DNA of 64,000 nt from Candidatus Latescibacterota bacterium (GCA_963422735.1 OY730476.1:1888001-1952000), one strand, 5' to 3'; shown: positions 20,044 through 30,669, counted from the first letter of the stretch. Translations and numbers: made by a program. The notes: generated by a model not told the origin, from the letters alone.

Positions 20044-20496
20044 TTACTTTTCAGCGTGTTTGAATTGCACGTAGGTCGGCTGCTGGTTGGCTACCGCCTT
20101 ATCGGAGGCTCTGTCAAAAGCATCCATGATCTGCGCGTAATCGGAACCGTATGGCAAGCTGACGACCGCTTCTTCACCCTCGTCAACTGCCGACAGGTCC
20201 TTTGCAGCACACGTCACTGTTACCGTCAGAGGTGTGTATATCCCAAAGGTAAGCGCACCTACCAACCCGTTGGCGAAGCTCTGCTGCGTCTCAACTTTAG
20301 CTACACCATTTTCGCATTCACTTTGCGCTTCGACCACTGATGGCGGTGCTAGACCATATATCCAACTATGCTTCCACATCTGCACCGTCTTAGCACCTGG
20401 AGCAAGCCCGGTTTCAATGGTCGCGTGATAACATCCGGCCAAAAGAAACAGGCCCAAAAAAGCTAGGACAAAGTTTGTCCGCTGACGCTTACTCAT
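20044..20496 (-). CDS. Bor/Iss family lipoprotein with C-terminal extension
   Basis: Lipobox LAGC, SWIYGL, ECENGVAKVETQQSFANGLVGALTFGIYTP..VTVTC. Confidence 0.85.
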   Translation of the reverse strand: MSKRQRTNFVLAFLGLFLLAGCYHATIETGLAPGAKTVQMWKHSWIYGLAPPSVVEAQSECENGVAKVETQQSFANGLVGALTFGIYTPLTVTVTCAAKDLSAVDEGEEAVVSLPYGSDYAQIMDAFDRASDKAVANQQPTYVQFKHAEK

Positions 20497-20725
20497 TGCA
20501 AATCCCTCCTTGGATTATTGGAAAAATTACCAACTCCTATACTGCGAATGGGCTAATATAAAGAACGCGCCAAAGGCTACTCAACTAGGGACCGGCCCCG
20601 TGTGGTCGTCCCTTATTTGGACGGGGAAAGGGGCGGGCCTTTTGCAAATGTGACGGGGGTCCTTCCCTACGTACACATAGCTTACGTTTTTGCCGCCATA
20701 ATCTCAGCCGCCTCTATTTGATCCA

Positions 20726-21646
20726 CTAAAGCGACCGAGCGGACCACGTCGCGGATGTCGGTGATCGGCTGCCGTTTTCAACCACGCAATCGACGAAGTG
20801 CTCGTGCATGGACAGCAGACCCTCGTAGCGGGGCACGTCGTCTTTGGGTACGCCGTCGATTTCCCAGCCGCCAAGGGTGCGAACTCGATTGTCCTCGTGG
20901 ATTTCGATTTCACCGGGAATTTTCATGTAGCAGCCAATGCCCACGCCGTGCAATTCCGAGTGCAGCACCCGCCCGCCGGAGGCGCGATTGCCGAGCATCA
21001 CGCCGGTTGCGCGGTTGTCGAAGCGCATCAGCGCGGTGTAGTGGTCGAAGCCCGCGCCGCCGAACTTGTCTTGGTAGGCAGTAACTTCCACCGGCTCGCC
21101 GCCGGCCATATAGCGCAGAAGATCGACGATGTGGATCAGGTCGTTCCACAGGGTGGTGGTGAATTCGTCGGCGCGCTGCGGGAGCTGTTTGTTGAAGGTT
21201 GTCGTTGCCAGCGACACCAGGCCTTTAGCCGCGACTAGGCGCATGGCTTCGCAAGTTACGGCACTGTAGCGGCGTTGGAGGCCGACCATCACCCAGACGC
21301 CGCGTTGTTCGGCGGCCTCTAAAATCGCCCGGGTTTCGTCGCTGTTGGCTCCGGGCGGCTTTTCGATAAACAGGTGCTTGCCAGCAGCGATGCAGTCGAG
21401 GGCCGGCTGCAGGAGCCATTTCTCGTTCATCACGCAATAGACGATGTCCGGGTCGATCTCGTCGAGCATAATGCGATGATCGCGGTACGCGTACTCGAAG
21501 CCGTAGCGCTTGACCACCTGCCCCAGCCGCTTATCGTCCAATTCGCAAACCGCGGCCATCTGCACCCGGTCAGAGAGGCGATGGACCGTTGGATAGTGAG
21601 CGCTCTGGCCGCGGCCCCCCGCGCCGATGAATCCCGCTTTAAGCAT
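20726..21646 (-). CDS. Gfo/Idh/MocA oxidoreductase with a probable frameshift near the C-terminus
   Basis: FIGAGGRG, HLFIEKP, IHIVDLLRY; a more typical C-terminus (QPITDIRDVVRSVALVDQIE) lies in another frame from ~20775. Confidence 0.82.
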   Translation of the reverse strand: MLKAGFIGAGGRGQSAHYPTVHRLSDRVQMAAVCELDDKRLGQVVKRYGFEYAYRDHRIMLDEIDPDIVYCVMNEKWLLQPALDCIAAGKHLFIEKPPGANSDETRAILEAAEQRGVWVMVGLQRRYSAVTCEAMRLVAAKGLVSLATTTFNKQLPQRADEFTTTLWNDLIHIVDLLRYMAGGEPVEVTAYQDKFGGAGFDHYTALMRFDNRATGVMLGNRASGGRVLHSELHGVGIGCYMKIPGEIEIHEDNRVRTLGGWEIDGVPKDDVPRYEGLLSMHEHFVDCVVENGSRSPTSATWSARSL

Positions 21647-22508
21647 GATCTTCCCCTTTCTGGCACAAAGCCGTAAAAAAGCGCACATCAATGCGCGCCA
21701 AGTCGATGACGGTTTCTACCGGCTCGCCGCTGTACTCGCTGTGGAAGCTGACCGGGCCGACAAAATTTAGCCGCTTCAAGGCCGCGATCACGGCCGGCCA
21801 ATCGACCAAGCCCTGCCCCATGCGCACGACGCTGGTGGCAGGTGCGCCCTGCTGGGTGATGCTCAAAGGCCGCTGGTGGGCCAGATCCTTAAAAGCAACC
21901 AGACACAAGTGCGAGCGCACGATGTCGAGGGCCATGGCGATCGGCTCGCCGCACAGCGCCAAGTGCCCAGGGTCGGCGAAGACGCCCACGTATTGCGGAT
22001 CGCAGTCGCCGACGATGTTCATAGCGGCGCAGGCATTGAGGCCCATGGACGCGCCCGAATGATTGTGAATGGCGGTTTTGACGCCGTATTTTTCCGACAG
22101 CACTTGAAACCCCTGCACAAAGCCGCGCACCTCGTCTAAATGCGTCCAGTAGGATACGTCCGGCTGCCAGTGCCAGTAGCCGAGCTTGACGTGGGCCACG
22201 CCAGCCTCGCCCAAGGCCGCGTAATACCTTTCCGCGTAGTCGATGTCCGGGCGGTTGAAGTCGCCTGGGGCCGTGACCAAGGGGATGCAGAGACCGGCGT
22301 CGGCAAAGCGGCGCGCGGCCTCCGGCAGGGCCGTGGCCACATTGGCGGGGTTGACCGGATAGCCGTCGCGCACGCATAGGTCGGCCCCCTGCACGCCGAT
22401 GGACTGCAAGGCGTCGATGAGTTGCGGGATATTGAGGCCCTCTAAGTGCTTGGTAAATGCGATATACGTCAGCTCCACTATGCGCGCTCCTTTCTCTCTG
22501 TTTGACAA
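21639..22508 (-). CDS. Sugar phosphate isomerase/epimerase (xylose isomerase-like TIM barrel)
   Basis: AIHNHSG, FADPGH, VAFKD, GQGLVDW, SFHSEY. Confidence 0.85.
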   Translation of the reverse strand: MSNREKGARIVELTYIAFTKHLEGLNIPQLIDALQSIGVQGADLCVRDGYPVNPANVATALPEAARRFADAGLCIPLVTAPGDFNRPDIDYAERYYAALGEAGVAHVKLGYWHWQPDVSYWTHLDEVRGFVQGFQVLSEKYGVKTAIHNHSGASMGLNACAAMNIVGDCDPQYVGVFADPGHLALCGEPIAMALDIVRSHLCLVAFKDLAHQRPLSITQQGAPATSVVRMGQGLVDWPAVIAALKRLNFVGPVSFHSEYSGEPVETVIDLARIDVRFFTALCQKGEDHA

Positions 22509-22571
22509 TGTGGAGTAAGGGTATCAAAATATCGGCTACGTGCCAACGAATTAAACGGAGCAAGTCCAGTT

Positions 22572-23501
22572 ATGGAAGCAATCAAAATGGAACCCAGCCC
22601 GGCGATTGAGGTCCCCAAACCGATCACCCCTGCCCAAGTGCAGTCCTTTATCGACGACGGCTATCTCGTCGTGTCGGGCCTGATGGAAGAAGCCGAACTC
22701 GCCGAACTCAAACGCGACCTCTTAGACGTAGCACGCGGTCGCTACGAGTGCGATAACATCGAGCCGGTCGATCCCGCCCTCAGCGATCAAGCAGTGCTGG
22801 AAAGCATCCTCTGCATCCACCAGCCTCACTACGTCAGTCCAGTCATCGAAAAGTACGTCCGCCACCCCAAAATCTGCGGCATCCTGAGCCAGATCACGGC
22901 CGCGCACTTGCCCTTTTGGGACGGCAGCGTCAAGTGCATGCAGTCCATGTACTTCGTCAAGCCGCCCAACTTTCAAGGACAGGCTTGGCACCAAGACGAG
23001 ATATACATCCCCACGCGGGATCGCTCGCTGATCGGCGCGTGGATCGCCGTGGATGACGCCACCGTAGAAAACGGCTGCTTGTACGTCATTCCGGGGTCGC
23101 ACCGCCCCGGGTACCTCTACCCGCAGCGGCCCCACGAAAACCCGGATGAGTTCGACTTCGCGCCGGAGAGCTACGGCTTTGACGAGAGAGTCGATATCCC
23201 GGTTGAAGTGCAAGCCGGTGCCCTCGTGTTTTTCAACGGCTATCTCCTCCACCGCTCGTACAAAAACCGAGGCACCACGTACCGCCGCGTCTTGGTCAAC
23301 CACTACTGCAATGCTTGGAGCCTGTTGCCTTGGAGCATTGAAGAGGGCGAGTCGCCCGCCCGCGCCGACCGGCGCAACATCGTTCCCGTGGCCGGCATCG
23401 ACCCCTACGCCTGGAAGGGCTATCAAACGCCGGCCAAAGCCGTGGGGCTGCGGCACTGCAAGGCCATCGATGAGGTCCGCGCTGCCCGCGACAAGCCCTA
23501 A
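22572..23501 (+). CDS. Phytanoyl-CoA dioxygenase (PhyH) family 2OG-Fe(II) oxygenase
   Basis: SFIDDGYL, AWHQDE, WIAVDDATVENGCLYVIPGSH, LLHRS. Confidence 0.92.
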   Translation: MEAIKMEPSPAIEVPKPITPAQVQSFIDDGYLVVSGLMEEAELAELKRDLLDVARGRYECDNIEPVDPALSDQAVLESILCIHQPHYVSPVIEKYVRHPKICGILSQITAAHLPFWDGSVKCMQSMYFVKPPNFQGQAWHQDEIYIPTRDRSLIGAWIAVDDATVENGCLYVIPGSHRPGYLYPQRPHENPDEFDFAPESYGFDERVDIPVEVQAGALVFFNGYLLHRSYKNRGTTYRRVLVNHYCNAWSLLPWSIEEGESPARADRRNIVPVAGIDPYAWKGYQTPAKAVGLRHCKAIDEVRAARDKP

Positions 23502-23504
23502 CCG

Positions 23505-24050
23505 TTGACCGCAGCGACACACAGCCCCAGCCACCGAGCGGCCCTAGCGCGCGGGCTGACCCTCCGCTCCCTCGGCCTCGGTCTGCTGCTGGCCTTTGGG
23601 GGTCGGCGCGGCGGTTTCTTTCCTCGGCCTTTACGTACAAGGCTCGAATTCCGGGGCGTACTTCACCAGCCAAATTGCCCATCTCCTCCTCTTCCTGCTC
23701 ATTCTAGTCGCCAACGCCGGCCTCGGCTCCATCCGCCGGTCTTGGGTCCTCCAGCGGGGCGAGCTGGTCGTCATTTTTATTATGACCAGCTTGGCCAACT
23801 CGGTCCTTGGGCTGATCAGCTACTGGGTTCCGCTGGTGTCGAGTCCGTTTTACTACGCCAGCCCTGAGAACACCTGCCCCATATCCCCACCTGGCTGGTG
23901 CCCCAATTCGCGCTTTCTTTGAGGGCAACGAAAGCGCAATCCCCTATCAGGTGTGGCTTACGCCGCTGTTGAGTTGGTTGCCGCTGGTCGTCGCGCTGCA
24001 CACAGCCACCTTGTGCCTGATGGTCGTCCTCGTGTTGGGCGGGCTGTGGG
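23505..24050 (+). pseudogene. Multiply frameshifted N-terminal fragment of a DUF6785-like membrane protein
   Basis: RGLTLRSLGLGLLL / LQRGELVVIF...PFYYASPEN / IPTWLVP / IPYQVWLTPLLSWLP spread over three frames. Confidence 0.55.
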
Positions 24051-24149
24051 TCGGGCGATGCAGCTAAGCGAGGTGGAAAGCGGGGCCGTCTATGAGTACC
24101 AAGCAGAAATCGATGCGGCGCTGGACATCGGCTAACAGGAGGCCAGCAT

Positions 24150-24430
24150 AAAAAAACTCACCGACAAGGTCGCGCTAGTGATGGGTGCCGGCCGCGGCCT
24201 AGGGCGGTCGTACGCATTGCGCTTGGCAAAGCTCGGGGCCGATTTAGATTCGGCCAAGCAATAGGGCGAAAAACTGAGCGCGGACACCGTAGTTGAAGAA
24301 ATCCGCTCCCTCGGCATAGAGGCCGATGTGTCGCAAAAGGCCGCCGCCAAAGTCGTCAACCGCATCTTGAGCGAATGGGGCCGCCTCGACATTCTGGTCA
24401 GCAACGCCGGCGGCGGCTTGCGTCCACCGG
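24150..24430 (+). pseudogene. SDR family fragment
   Basis: LTDKVALVMGAGRGLGRSYALRLAKLGAD..stop..WGRLDILVSNAGG, truncated. Confidence 0.75.
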
Positions 24431-24465
24431 GCCAACCCTCGGAAGAAGAGTACTTCCGCTTATCA

Positions 24466-24617
24466 AGGCAGAAAAGGCAGCGAAAATCTGGCTACACCCT
24501 GTGTCTGTCGAGTACAATCGTGGATACCACCGAGCCGAATTGAACCGAATTTTAAGACGGACCCACAAAAATATAGAACGATTAGAGGAGGCTTGGAATG
24601 CTTATTTCTCCCGATAA
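24466..24617 (+). pseudogene. C-terminal part of a DUF4160 family protein
   Basis: AEKAAKIWLHPV...YNRGY...ELNRI...LEEAWNAYF; N-terminal HEPPHVH region missing; overlaps the DUF2442 gene. Confidence 0.7.
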
Positions 24618-24858
24618 AAAGACCGTCACCGCAACAAGTGTCCGTTTTGACCATAACTTTCTATATGTCGCCTTAAGCGATGGGCGCGAAATCAGTCTCC
24701 TGTTAGACACCGTTTATTGGTTGGATTGGTTGCGCCGGGCAACCGACGAACAACGGGCCAACTGGTCCATAGAACCGGGCGGTTTTGCCACTTATTGGCA
24801 AGAATTGGACGACGGCATTGAACTTTGCCATCTATTGAGCCTCGAAGCCCTTTCCTGA
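24598..24858 (+). CDS. DUF2442 family protein (partner of DUF4160)
   Basis: LYVALSDGREISL, LRRATDEQRANW, YWQELDDGI. Confidence 0.85.
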   Translation: MLISPDKKTVTATSVRFDHNFLYVALSDGREISLLLDTVYWLDWLRRATDEQRANWSIEPGGFATYWQELDDGIELCHLLSLEALS

Positions 24859-25003
24859 AATCGGCGTCCACTGTATCCCCATTCTCGCAAGAAGGTATCG
24901 CGCCGCGGGCCCGCTACCCCTAGACGCCCTATCGCTCTCGCAGACCGTTCCTTCCCTCCTTCGCGTTTTCCAAGCGGCCGGGCCGGAGCTATTCCCGCTC
25001 GGT

Positions 25004-26158
25004 CTAAAGGCGTTCCTTAACCTCGTCAAAGAACGTCTTAAAGGCGCCTGTAGTGGCGTGCTCCCAACGGTCGAAGGTCGCCTGCAGTGCTTCTAACCAA
25101 CGCTCTTGTGGCAGGCTTTGCACCCTTAGGCAGACGTAACAGGCGTCGGTCAACGCCAAGCCGCGCCGTCCCTCCACGAGGGCTTGCTCCATGCGCTCAA
25201 CCCATGGAGCCATCGCGGGCAAGGCTTCGACGCACTTTGCCTTGTGAATGACAAAGTTTGCCAAGTGGTTGACCAAGCTCCGGCTAAAATCGTGCTGCTT
25301 TGCTGTGCCGGATACATCGCCAAGGTCCAGCTCTCCCCTGCGATACAAGTCCAACAACTGCTGGGTGAGCGTGCGTTGCTTCGCAGCAACGGTTGATTGC
25401 CGCACCCTGCACAAGCCGCTGGTGAGAGCCGACATCTCGTGGCAGCAATTGAGCCAGCGCGTACCTTTGGCAACTACGCGGCGCATGGACGCGCCCGGGC
25501 CGACGGCCGTGCCCATAGCCTTGCCGCTGGCGGCGCAGGCCGCACCCACCCTGCTGAAGGCCGCCTGTACGCGGTCGTGGTCTATGTGCGGGACGCCATC
25601 GCGCTCGACTCCGTAGCTATGCGCCAAGTCGCTCGGCCCCACGAAGAGCAGGTCGAGTCCTTCGACCGCGGCAATCGCTTCCACGTCCTCCACGCCCTCG
25701 GCGTCTTCGATCATCGCGCCGAGCAGGGTCTCGGCATCGGCCCTTTCCATGTACTCGGCGGGGTCCAGCGTACCGTAGTCCGAATCCCGGCCACAGCCCA
25801 TGCCGCGCAAACCCAGCGGCCGGAACTTGGCCATCCGCACGAAGGCCCGCGCCTCGTCCGCGCTCTTGCAATGGGGCCAAACCAATCCCCCGGCCCCTAA
25901 CTCCAGCGGCTTGATCACTTGGTTGTACGGCCCCTTAGGGATGCGGACCACCGAATCAACCCCCATAGCCCGCGCCGCCAAAATCAGATGCGAAAGCGCA
26001 TTCAGCTCGAGATGGGAATGCTCCATGTCGATCCAGACGCAGCCAAAGCCCGCTTGGGCCGCGAGTTCGACTACGACCGGGTCGAAGATCCGATTGATTT
26101 CGACTATCTCCACGGTCTCCCCCCCGAGCAGGGCGGCCTTGGTCTGGTTGGTTTTCAC
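25004..26158 (-). CDS. HpcH/HpaI aldolase family protein with a ~120 aa C-terminal extension
   Basis: GFGCVWIDMEH, KFRPLGLRG, MIED, LFVGPSDL. Confidence 0.85.
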   Translation of the reverse strand: MKTNQTKAALLGGETVEIVEINRIFDPVVVELAAQAGFGCVWIDMEHSHLELNALSHLILAARAMGVDSVVRIPKGPYNQVIKPLELGAGGLVWPHCKSADEARAFVRMAKFRPLGLRGMGCGRDSDYGTLDPAEYMERADAETLLGAMIEDAEGVEDVEAIAAVEGLDLLFVGPSDLAHSYGVERDGVPHIDHDRVQAAFSRVGAACAASGKAMGTAVGPGASMRRVVAKGTRWLNCCHEMSALTSGLCRVRQSTVAAKQRTLTQQLLDLYRRGELDLGDVSGTAKQHDFSRSLVNHLANFVIHKAKCVEALPAMAPWVERMEQALVEGRRGLALTDACYVCLRVQSLPQERWLEALQATFDRWEHATTGAFKTFFDEVKERL

Positions 26159-26167
26159 GATGCCTCC

Positions 26168-26494
26168 TCAAATTGTGGCAACACGTCGCGGCCAAACCAC
26201 TCGATGGTTTGCCGGGTCGCCTCCGGTGGGATGCCCAGCGCTCCGGCACCAATAGGGCAATTGCGCTTGGATTTCAGTGAGCCAAGCACCATCGCGCACC
26301 AAATCGCGCACCGTCGGCAAGCCGGCCTGCGCCGCCAACGCCCCGTCGTACGTGGCCGCGATTTGCGCCTCAGTCAGCGTCGGCATCCGGCCTAAGGAGG
26401 CCAGACCAAATCCCAGCCTCGCGCCTCGCCTGCTCTTGGGTATTCCCAAGTCGTCCGTGGCGACGTGACCACCGTAAAAGTAGTCAAATTTCAC
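26168..26494 (-). CDS. Hypothetical protein or fragment
   Basis: ORF with AGAGGGG RBS, co-directional with the aldolase; no recognised motif. Confidence 0.35.
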   Translation of the reverse strand: MKFDYFYGGHVATDDLGIPKSRRGARLGFGLASLGRMPTLTEAQIAATYDGALAAQAGLPTVRDLVRDGAWLTEIQAQLPYWCRSAGHPTGGDPANHRVVWPRRVATI

Positions 26495-26590
26495 TGATAC
26501 CCCTCTCTTTTACCTACTCGCTTTCGCAGCGCGGTTTTTCTATATTCGCCCACCTGTCAACGCCCATTATAAAACCACAGGAGACCTGTT

Positions 26591-27322
26591 ATGACAGCAA
26601 GTGGACCCGTTCCCACCGCCCGCGCCCAAGGCCGCGGCCCAACCATCTGGCTGGCCGGCTCGCCCGACGAGCTAAAGGAGTGGATGCCCCTCGGGATCAC
26701 CGGAATCGTCACCAACACGGTGGTACTCAACCAGTATGCCAAGCAGTACGGCGCGGTCATTAGCCTGATAGAGCAATATCTCGCGCTCACGGACAAACCC
26801 ATCGTCGTGGAAATCGACGGCCATTGCGTCGAAGAGCTCCTCGAGGTCGGGCAGGTTTTCACCAACTTGTCGGAGCAGATCATCCTCAAGATCCCCTGCA
26901 ACGTCAACGGACTCAAGGCATTTAGTATCCTCAAGGACCAAGGCGTCGAGACCTTCTGCACCACGGTGTTCTCGCTGACGCAAGCCGCGGCCGTCGCCCA
27001 AGCTGGAGTTGACCACATCCTGCCGTTTTGCGAGCCGGTCAAGGAAGTGGGTGGCGACCCGACTAAGCTGATCCGCGAGTGCGCGCAGATGTTCAGCGGC
27101 TGGGGCCAGCGCCCTTTCATTATGGCCGCCCTCATCCGCTCGGTAGAGACCGCTCACGCGGCCTTCTGCGATGGGGCCGACGAACTGGTCACCATGTGGA
27201 CGGTGTACCGCGACATGATGGACCACCCGCTGACCGCACAGTGGAACAAGACCTTCATGGACGAGTGGATCGATATGTACCAGAGCGGATTGTTGGCGGG
27301 AGTGCCGGTCCGCTCCCATTGA
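26591..27322 (+). CDS. Divergent transaldolase / fructose-6-phosphate aldolase family protein
   Basis: GIVTN, IILKIP (Schiff-base Lys), TTVFSLTQA..AQAG, IMAALIR, C-terminal DHPLT. Confidence 0.8.
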   Translation: MTASGPVPTARAQGRGPTIWLAGSPDELKEWMPLGITGIVTNTVVLNQYAKQYGAVISLIEQYLALTDKPIVVEIDGHCVEELLEVGQVFTNLSEQIILKIPCNVNGLKAFSILKDQGVETFCTTVFSLTQAAAVAQAGVDHILPFCEPVKEVGGDPTKLIRECAQMFSGWGQRPFIMAALIRSVETAHAAFCDGADELVTMWTVYRDMMDHPLTAQWNKTFMDEWIDMYQSGLLAGVPVRSH

Positions 27323-27335
27323 CCGCGACGCGCCC

Positions 27336-28121
27336 TCACCCGCGCTCGGCCGGGATCTGGCGCAGCAATTCGCTCCAAGCCGCGCCCAGATCCATCACGT
27401 CCCCACCGCAGATTACCAAATCGCAGCCGGCGTCCATGGCGGCCGTAAGCAGCGGCCCCGGCAAGGTGAAAATGCCGCTCAGCTTGCCGGCGGCCCGCGC
27501 CTTGGCCAAGCACGAGAGCACGGCCTCGCGCAGACGAGGATCGCCCATCTGGCCGGTGCAGCCCATATCGACCGCTAGGTCCCCCGGCCCCATAAAGATC
27601 CCAGAGAGGCCCTCCACGGCGAGTATCGCATCGACATTCGCTACGGCCTCCACGGTCTCAATCTGGACGAAGAGGTGGGTGCGCGCATTGGCGCGGGCTA
27701 GGGCGTCGTGCAGGTTTTCCAGCCCAAACCCCATGCTGCGCGTGCGCACGTTGAAGCCGCGCCGGCCCAACGGCGGGTACTTGCCCACCTCGACGATGCG
27801 GCGCGTGTACTCCGCATCGTCCACCATGGGGACGAGAATGATCCGCGCCCCGATTTCGAGTGCCCGCAGTACGTGGTGGCGCTCGCCATCGGGCAGGCGA
27901 ATGAGGGGAAAAATGCCACCGGCCTCCGCGGCCAAGCACAAGGTCTCGGCCCGCTCAAAGCCGACCGGGCCGTGTTCGCTTTCGATCCACACCGCTTCAA
28001 AACCGACCTGCGCCGCCAATGAGACGAGCAGGGGTGAGGCGCTGTTGACGGTGACGCCGCGAATTCGGCGCGGGCGACCGGCCTGATCTGAGAACACATC
28101 GTCCGTGATTTTTAAGGTCAT
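27336..28121 (-). CDS. HpcH/HpaI aldolase family protein
   Basis: GFEAVWIESEH, KYPPLGRRG, VQIET, FMGPGDL. Confidence 0.9.
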   Translation of the reverse strand: MTLKITDDVFSDQAGRPRRIRGVTVNSASPLLVSLAAQVGFEAVWIESEHGPVGFERAETLCLAAEAGGIFPLIRLPDGERHHVLRALEIGARIILVPMVDDAEYTRRIVEVGKYPPLGRRGFNVRTRSMGFGLENLHDALARANARTHLFVQIETVEAVANVDAILAVEGLSGIFMGPGDLAVDMGCTGQMGDPRLREAVLSCLAKARAAGKLSGIFTLPGPLLTAAMDAGCDLVICGGDVMDLGAAWSELLRQIPAERG

Positions 28122-28259
28122 GGGAGTCGTTTCTCGTCGGTTGAAGTCACTCTTAATGTAGCCTTATTTTCCCCTCGTCCCAATACGAATAGCTAAAGTG
28201 GCCTGTGGCTTGTGGTCCGCAGCCTGAGCCTGTCCCCGCACCGTTCCATGGGGACTGAT

Positions 28260-28287
28260 CACTAACCACTAACCACTAACCACTAAC
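28260..28287. repeat. Heptamer repeat (CACTAAC)x4
   Basis: Read directly, immediately before the RBS of the 28301 ORF. Confidence 0.85.
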
Positions 28288-28300
28288 TAGGAGCCTTATC

Positions 28301-29005
28301 TTGATACCATTAGACTACGGACGCTCATTTCTAATCGGCAATGGCCCCGAAAACGAGGTGCGGTTCTGGGTCGAGTCGCGGACGCGCATCATCGACGAAG
28401 CCTCCGGCCAGAGCGAGGACTACGTGCAAGTGGGGTCGTGCAAGAGCGAACACACCTTCGCCAAAAAGAACCTCCTGCACGACGACAACTACGACTTTCT
28501 GCCGGTTTTTGGCCCGGAGTGGTCGGTCGTCTATCGGCGTCACGCCTACCTGCACGACGGCTATCGGGAGATCCGCCGCTCAGAGGAATGGTGGAACGGG
28601 CAGCAATACCGTCTGATTGTCGGGAGCGATGTGGAGGAACTGACCAGCGATGCGGCAGTGCGCGAGGCGACCTACGATTCGGTGCCAATCGTGGCGCAGA
28701 CCCAAGTGCGAAACGAGAAAACCGGGTTGCAGGCGATCATGGAATATCCGGTCAAGACCATGAACACCAACCGCGCCAACGATATCTACCAAGTTGACAC
28801 CGGCCCGGTGGCCTTCCCGGACCTGAGCCAGCACCGCGCCCGCCACATTGATGCCCTATCCCTAGCCTTTGTCGTCTTCAATGCGCCGCACTTTGCCGAC
28901 TTCGTCCTCGAAGTGCCGACCCACGTAGGCGACGAGCAAGCGTATCACTATTCCAAGCTGGTGTCCCTAGCGGCAATAAACAGGCTCTACGCGGTGCGAT
29001 CTTAG
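28301..29005 (+). CDS. Hypothetical protein
   Basis: RBS AGGAG, host-like codon use, protein-like motifs (RFWVESR, CKSEHTF, YQVDTGP). Confidence 0.75.
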   Translation: MIPLDYGRSFLIGNGPENEVRFWVESRTRIIDEASGQSEDYVQVGSCKSEHTFAKKNLLHDDNYDFLPVFGPEWSVVYRRHAYLHDGYREIRRSEEWWNGQQYRLIVGSDVEELTSDAAVREATYDSVPIVAQTQVRNEKTGLQAIMEYPVKTMNTNRANDIYQVDTGPVAFPDLSQHRARHIDALSLAFVVFNAPHFADFVLEVPTHVGDEQAYHYSKLVSLAAINRLYAVRS

Positions 29006-29082
29006 AAGCTGTTTGGAAATTTTGCCAAAATCACTTATTTCACTGTAGTCTATAAGTAGATGTGCGAATCAAAGGAGGCACC

Positions 29083-30068
29083 ATGTACAGAGTAGGAGTC
29101 ATTGGCTGCAGGGGCATTGGCAATCGGCACGCCCGCGGGGCCGAGAGCTTAAAAAACGCCGAAGTCGTGGCTGGTTGCGACCTCGTGCCAGAGCAACGCG
29201 ACGAATTTGCAGCGCAGTTCAAGGCAACTAGTCCCGAGTTGAAAATGTACGCCGATTACCGGGAGATGCTAGAAAAGGCACAACTCGACATCGTCTCGGT
29301 GGCCACCGGCGACAACAAGCACGCCGACCTAGTGGTGGCCGCCGCCGAAGCCGGTGCTAAGGGAATTTTCTGCGAAAAACCGCTGGCCACCAGTGTGGAG
29401 GACGCCGACCGCATGGTAGCGGCAGCGGAACGCCACAACGCCTTGCTGTCCGTTGACCACACTCGCCACTGGATGCCAGTCTGGCATCGCTGCCGCGAAC
29501 TGGTGGCCACGGGCGAGATTGGCGACGTGAGAGCGGTCGTGTGCGAGCACTACGGTACGCGATCGATGCTGTTCCGCAACGGCACCCACCTGCTCGACGC
29601 CATCGTGTGGTTCGCCGGCAGTAAACCAGAGTGGCTCGTCGCCGAGCTAGAGGACGGGTACGAAGACTACGGTGAGTATCGCGGCGACGGCGGACACGAC
29701 CCAGCCACCGAGCCGAGCGCCAACGCCTACATACACTTTGCCAACGGTGTGCGCGGGATGTACCTCGGGGAGAAACAAACCCCAACCGACTCGACTTCAC
29801 CGTGTCGGGAACCACGGGAGCTATTTTCATCGAGCGGGAAGGCGACGCGTACATTGAGCGAGCCGGAGAACGGGAGCTGATTGAACCGCGCCAGTGGGAA
29901 GTCGATGGAATCGAAGCGGGCGTACGCGAACTCGTGCGCACACTCGATGGCGAAGGCGAACTGTCGTGTACCGGCCGAGATGGTCTGACCGTTGTGGAGA
30001 TGATGATCGCCTGCCTGCAATCGCAGCAGCAGAACAACGCAAAAGTCGCGCTGCCGCTGCCTCGGTAG
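29083..30068 (+). pseudogene. Gfo/Idh/MocA oxidoreductase with a frameshift near 29790
   Basis: VIGCRGIG, IFCEKP, GTHLLD; the C-terminus (GTTGAIFIE...TGRDGLTVVEMMIACLQS..VALPL) is in the 29802-30068 frame. Confidence 0.82.
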
Positions 30069-30159
30069 GCGCACGAGGAGGGATCAACGGGAGAGTGGTT
30101 TCCCGGAAGACAGGGGAATAATGCCGGAAGAACTGGCCGCGCCCACCACACTGAATCGA

Positions 30160-30665
30160 ACCGATACCTCACCCAACAATAGGAGTTGACCACGGGACTT
30201 GGATCCAACGTGCCCCCACGCCCCGCCACAACCTGCAGTCCATTGCCATCGACGGTATCATCTACGCCATTTCCGGCACCGACGATCTCACTGTCGATGT
30301 GGTCGAGATCTACGATGTGGCCAGCGACACTGGACCCAAGGACCGCCCATTCCCACCAAACGGGGATGGCTGGGTGCCGCTCGCATCGGCCGCAGGATCT
30401 ATGTGGCTGGCGGCAAAACCCTTCGCACATCCGCAGAGAAGAAAGCCTACGGCCACGACTACCATTTCACCTCCCGCGACAACCTCGAGATGCTCGACTT
30501 GGTCGGATCTGGCACCCATGCCCGGCGGACCGTGCGCCGGCTTGGCCGTCACCGCTTGCCAAGGCCAGATATGGGCCATCGGCGGCAACACCATGCTCCG
30601 CGAAGACCCGCGCATTCTCGATCGCGTCGAAGTGTGCGATGTCGCCACCAATACTTGGGCACGTC
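30160..30665 (+). pseudogene. Kelch-repeat protein remnant
   Basis: Kelch pieces in alternating frames: IDGIIYAISG, VEIYDVASD, IGRRIYVAGG, GQIWAIGG...VEVCDVATNTW. Confidence 0.7.
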
Positions 30666-30669
30666 GTTC

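Noticed and set aside
20586-20670. Degenerate GTAG-type REP doublet
   Set aside because: Imperfect palindromes and no second clear copy in the window
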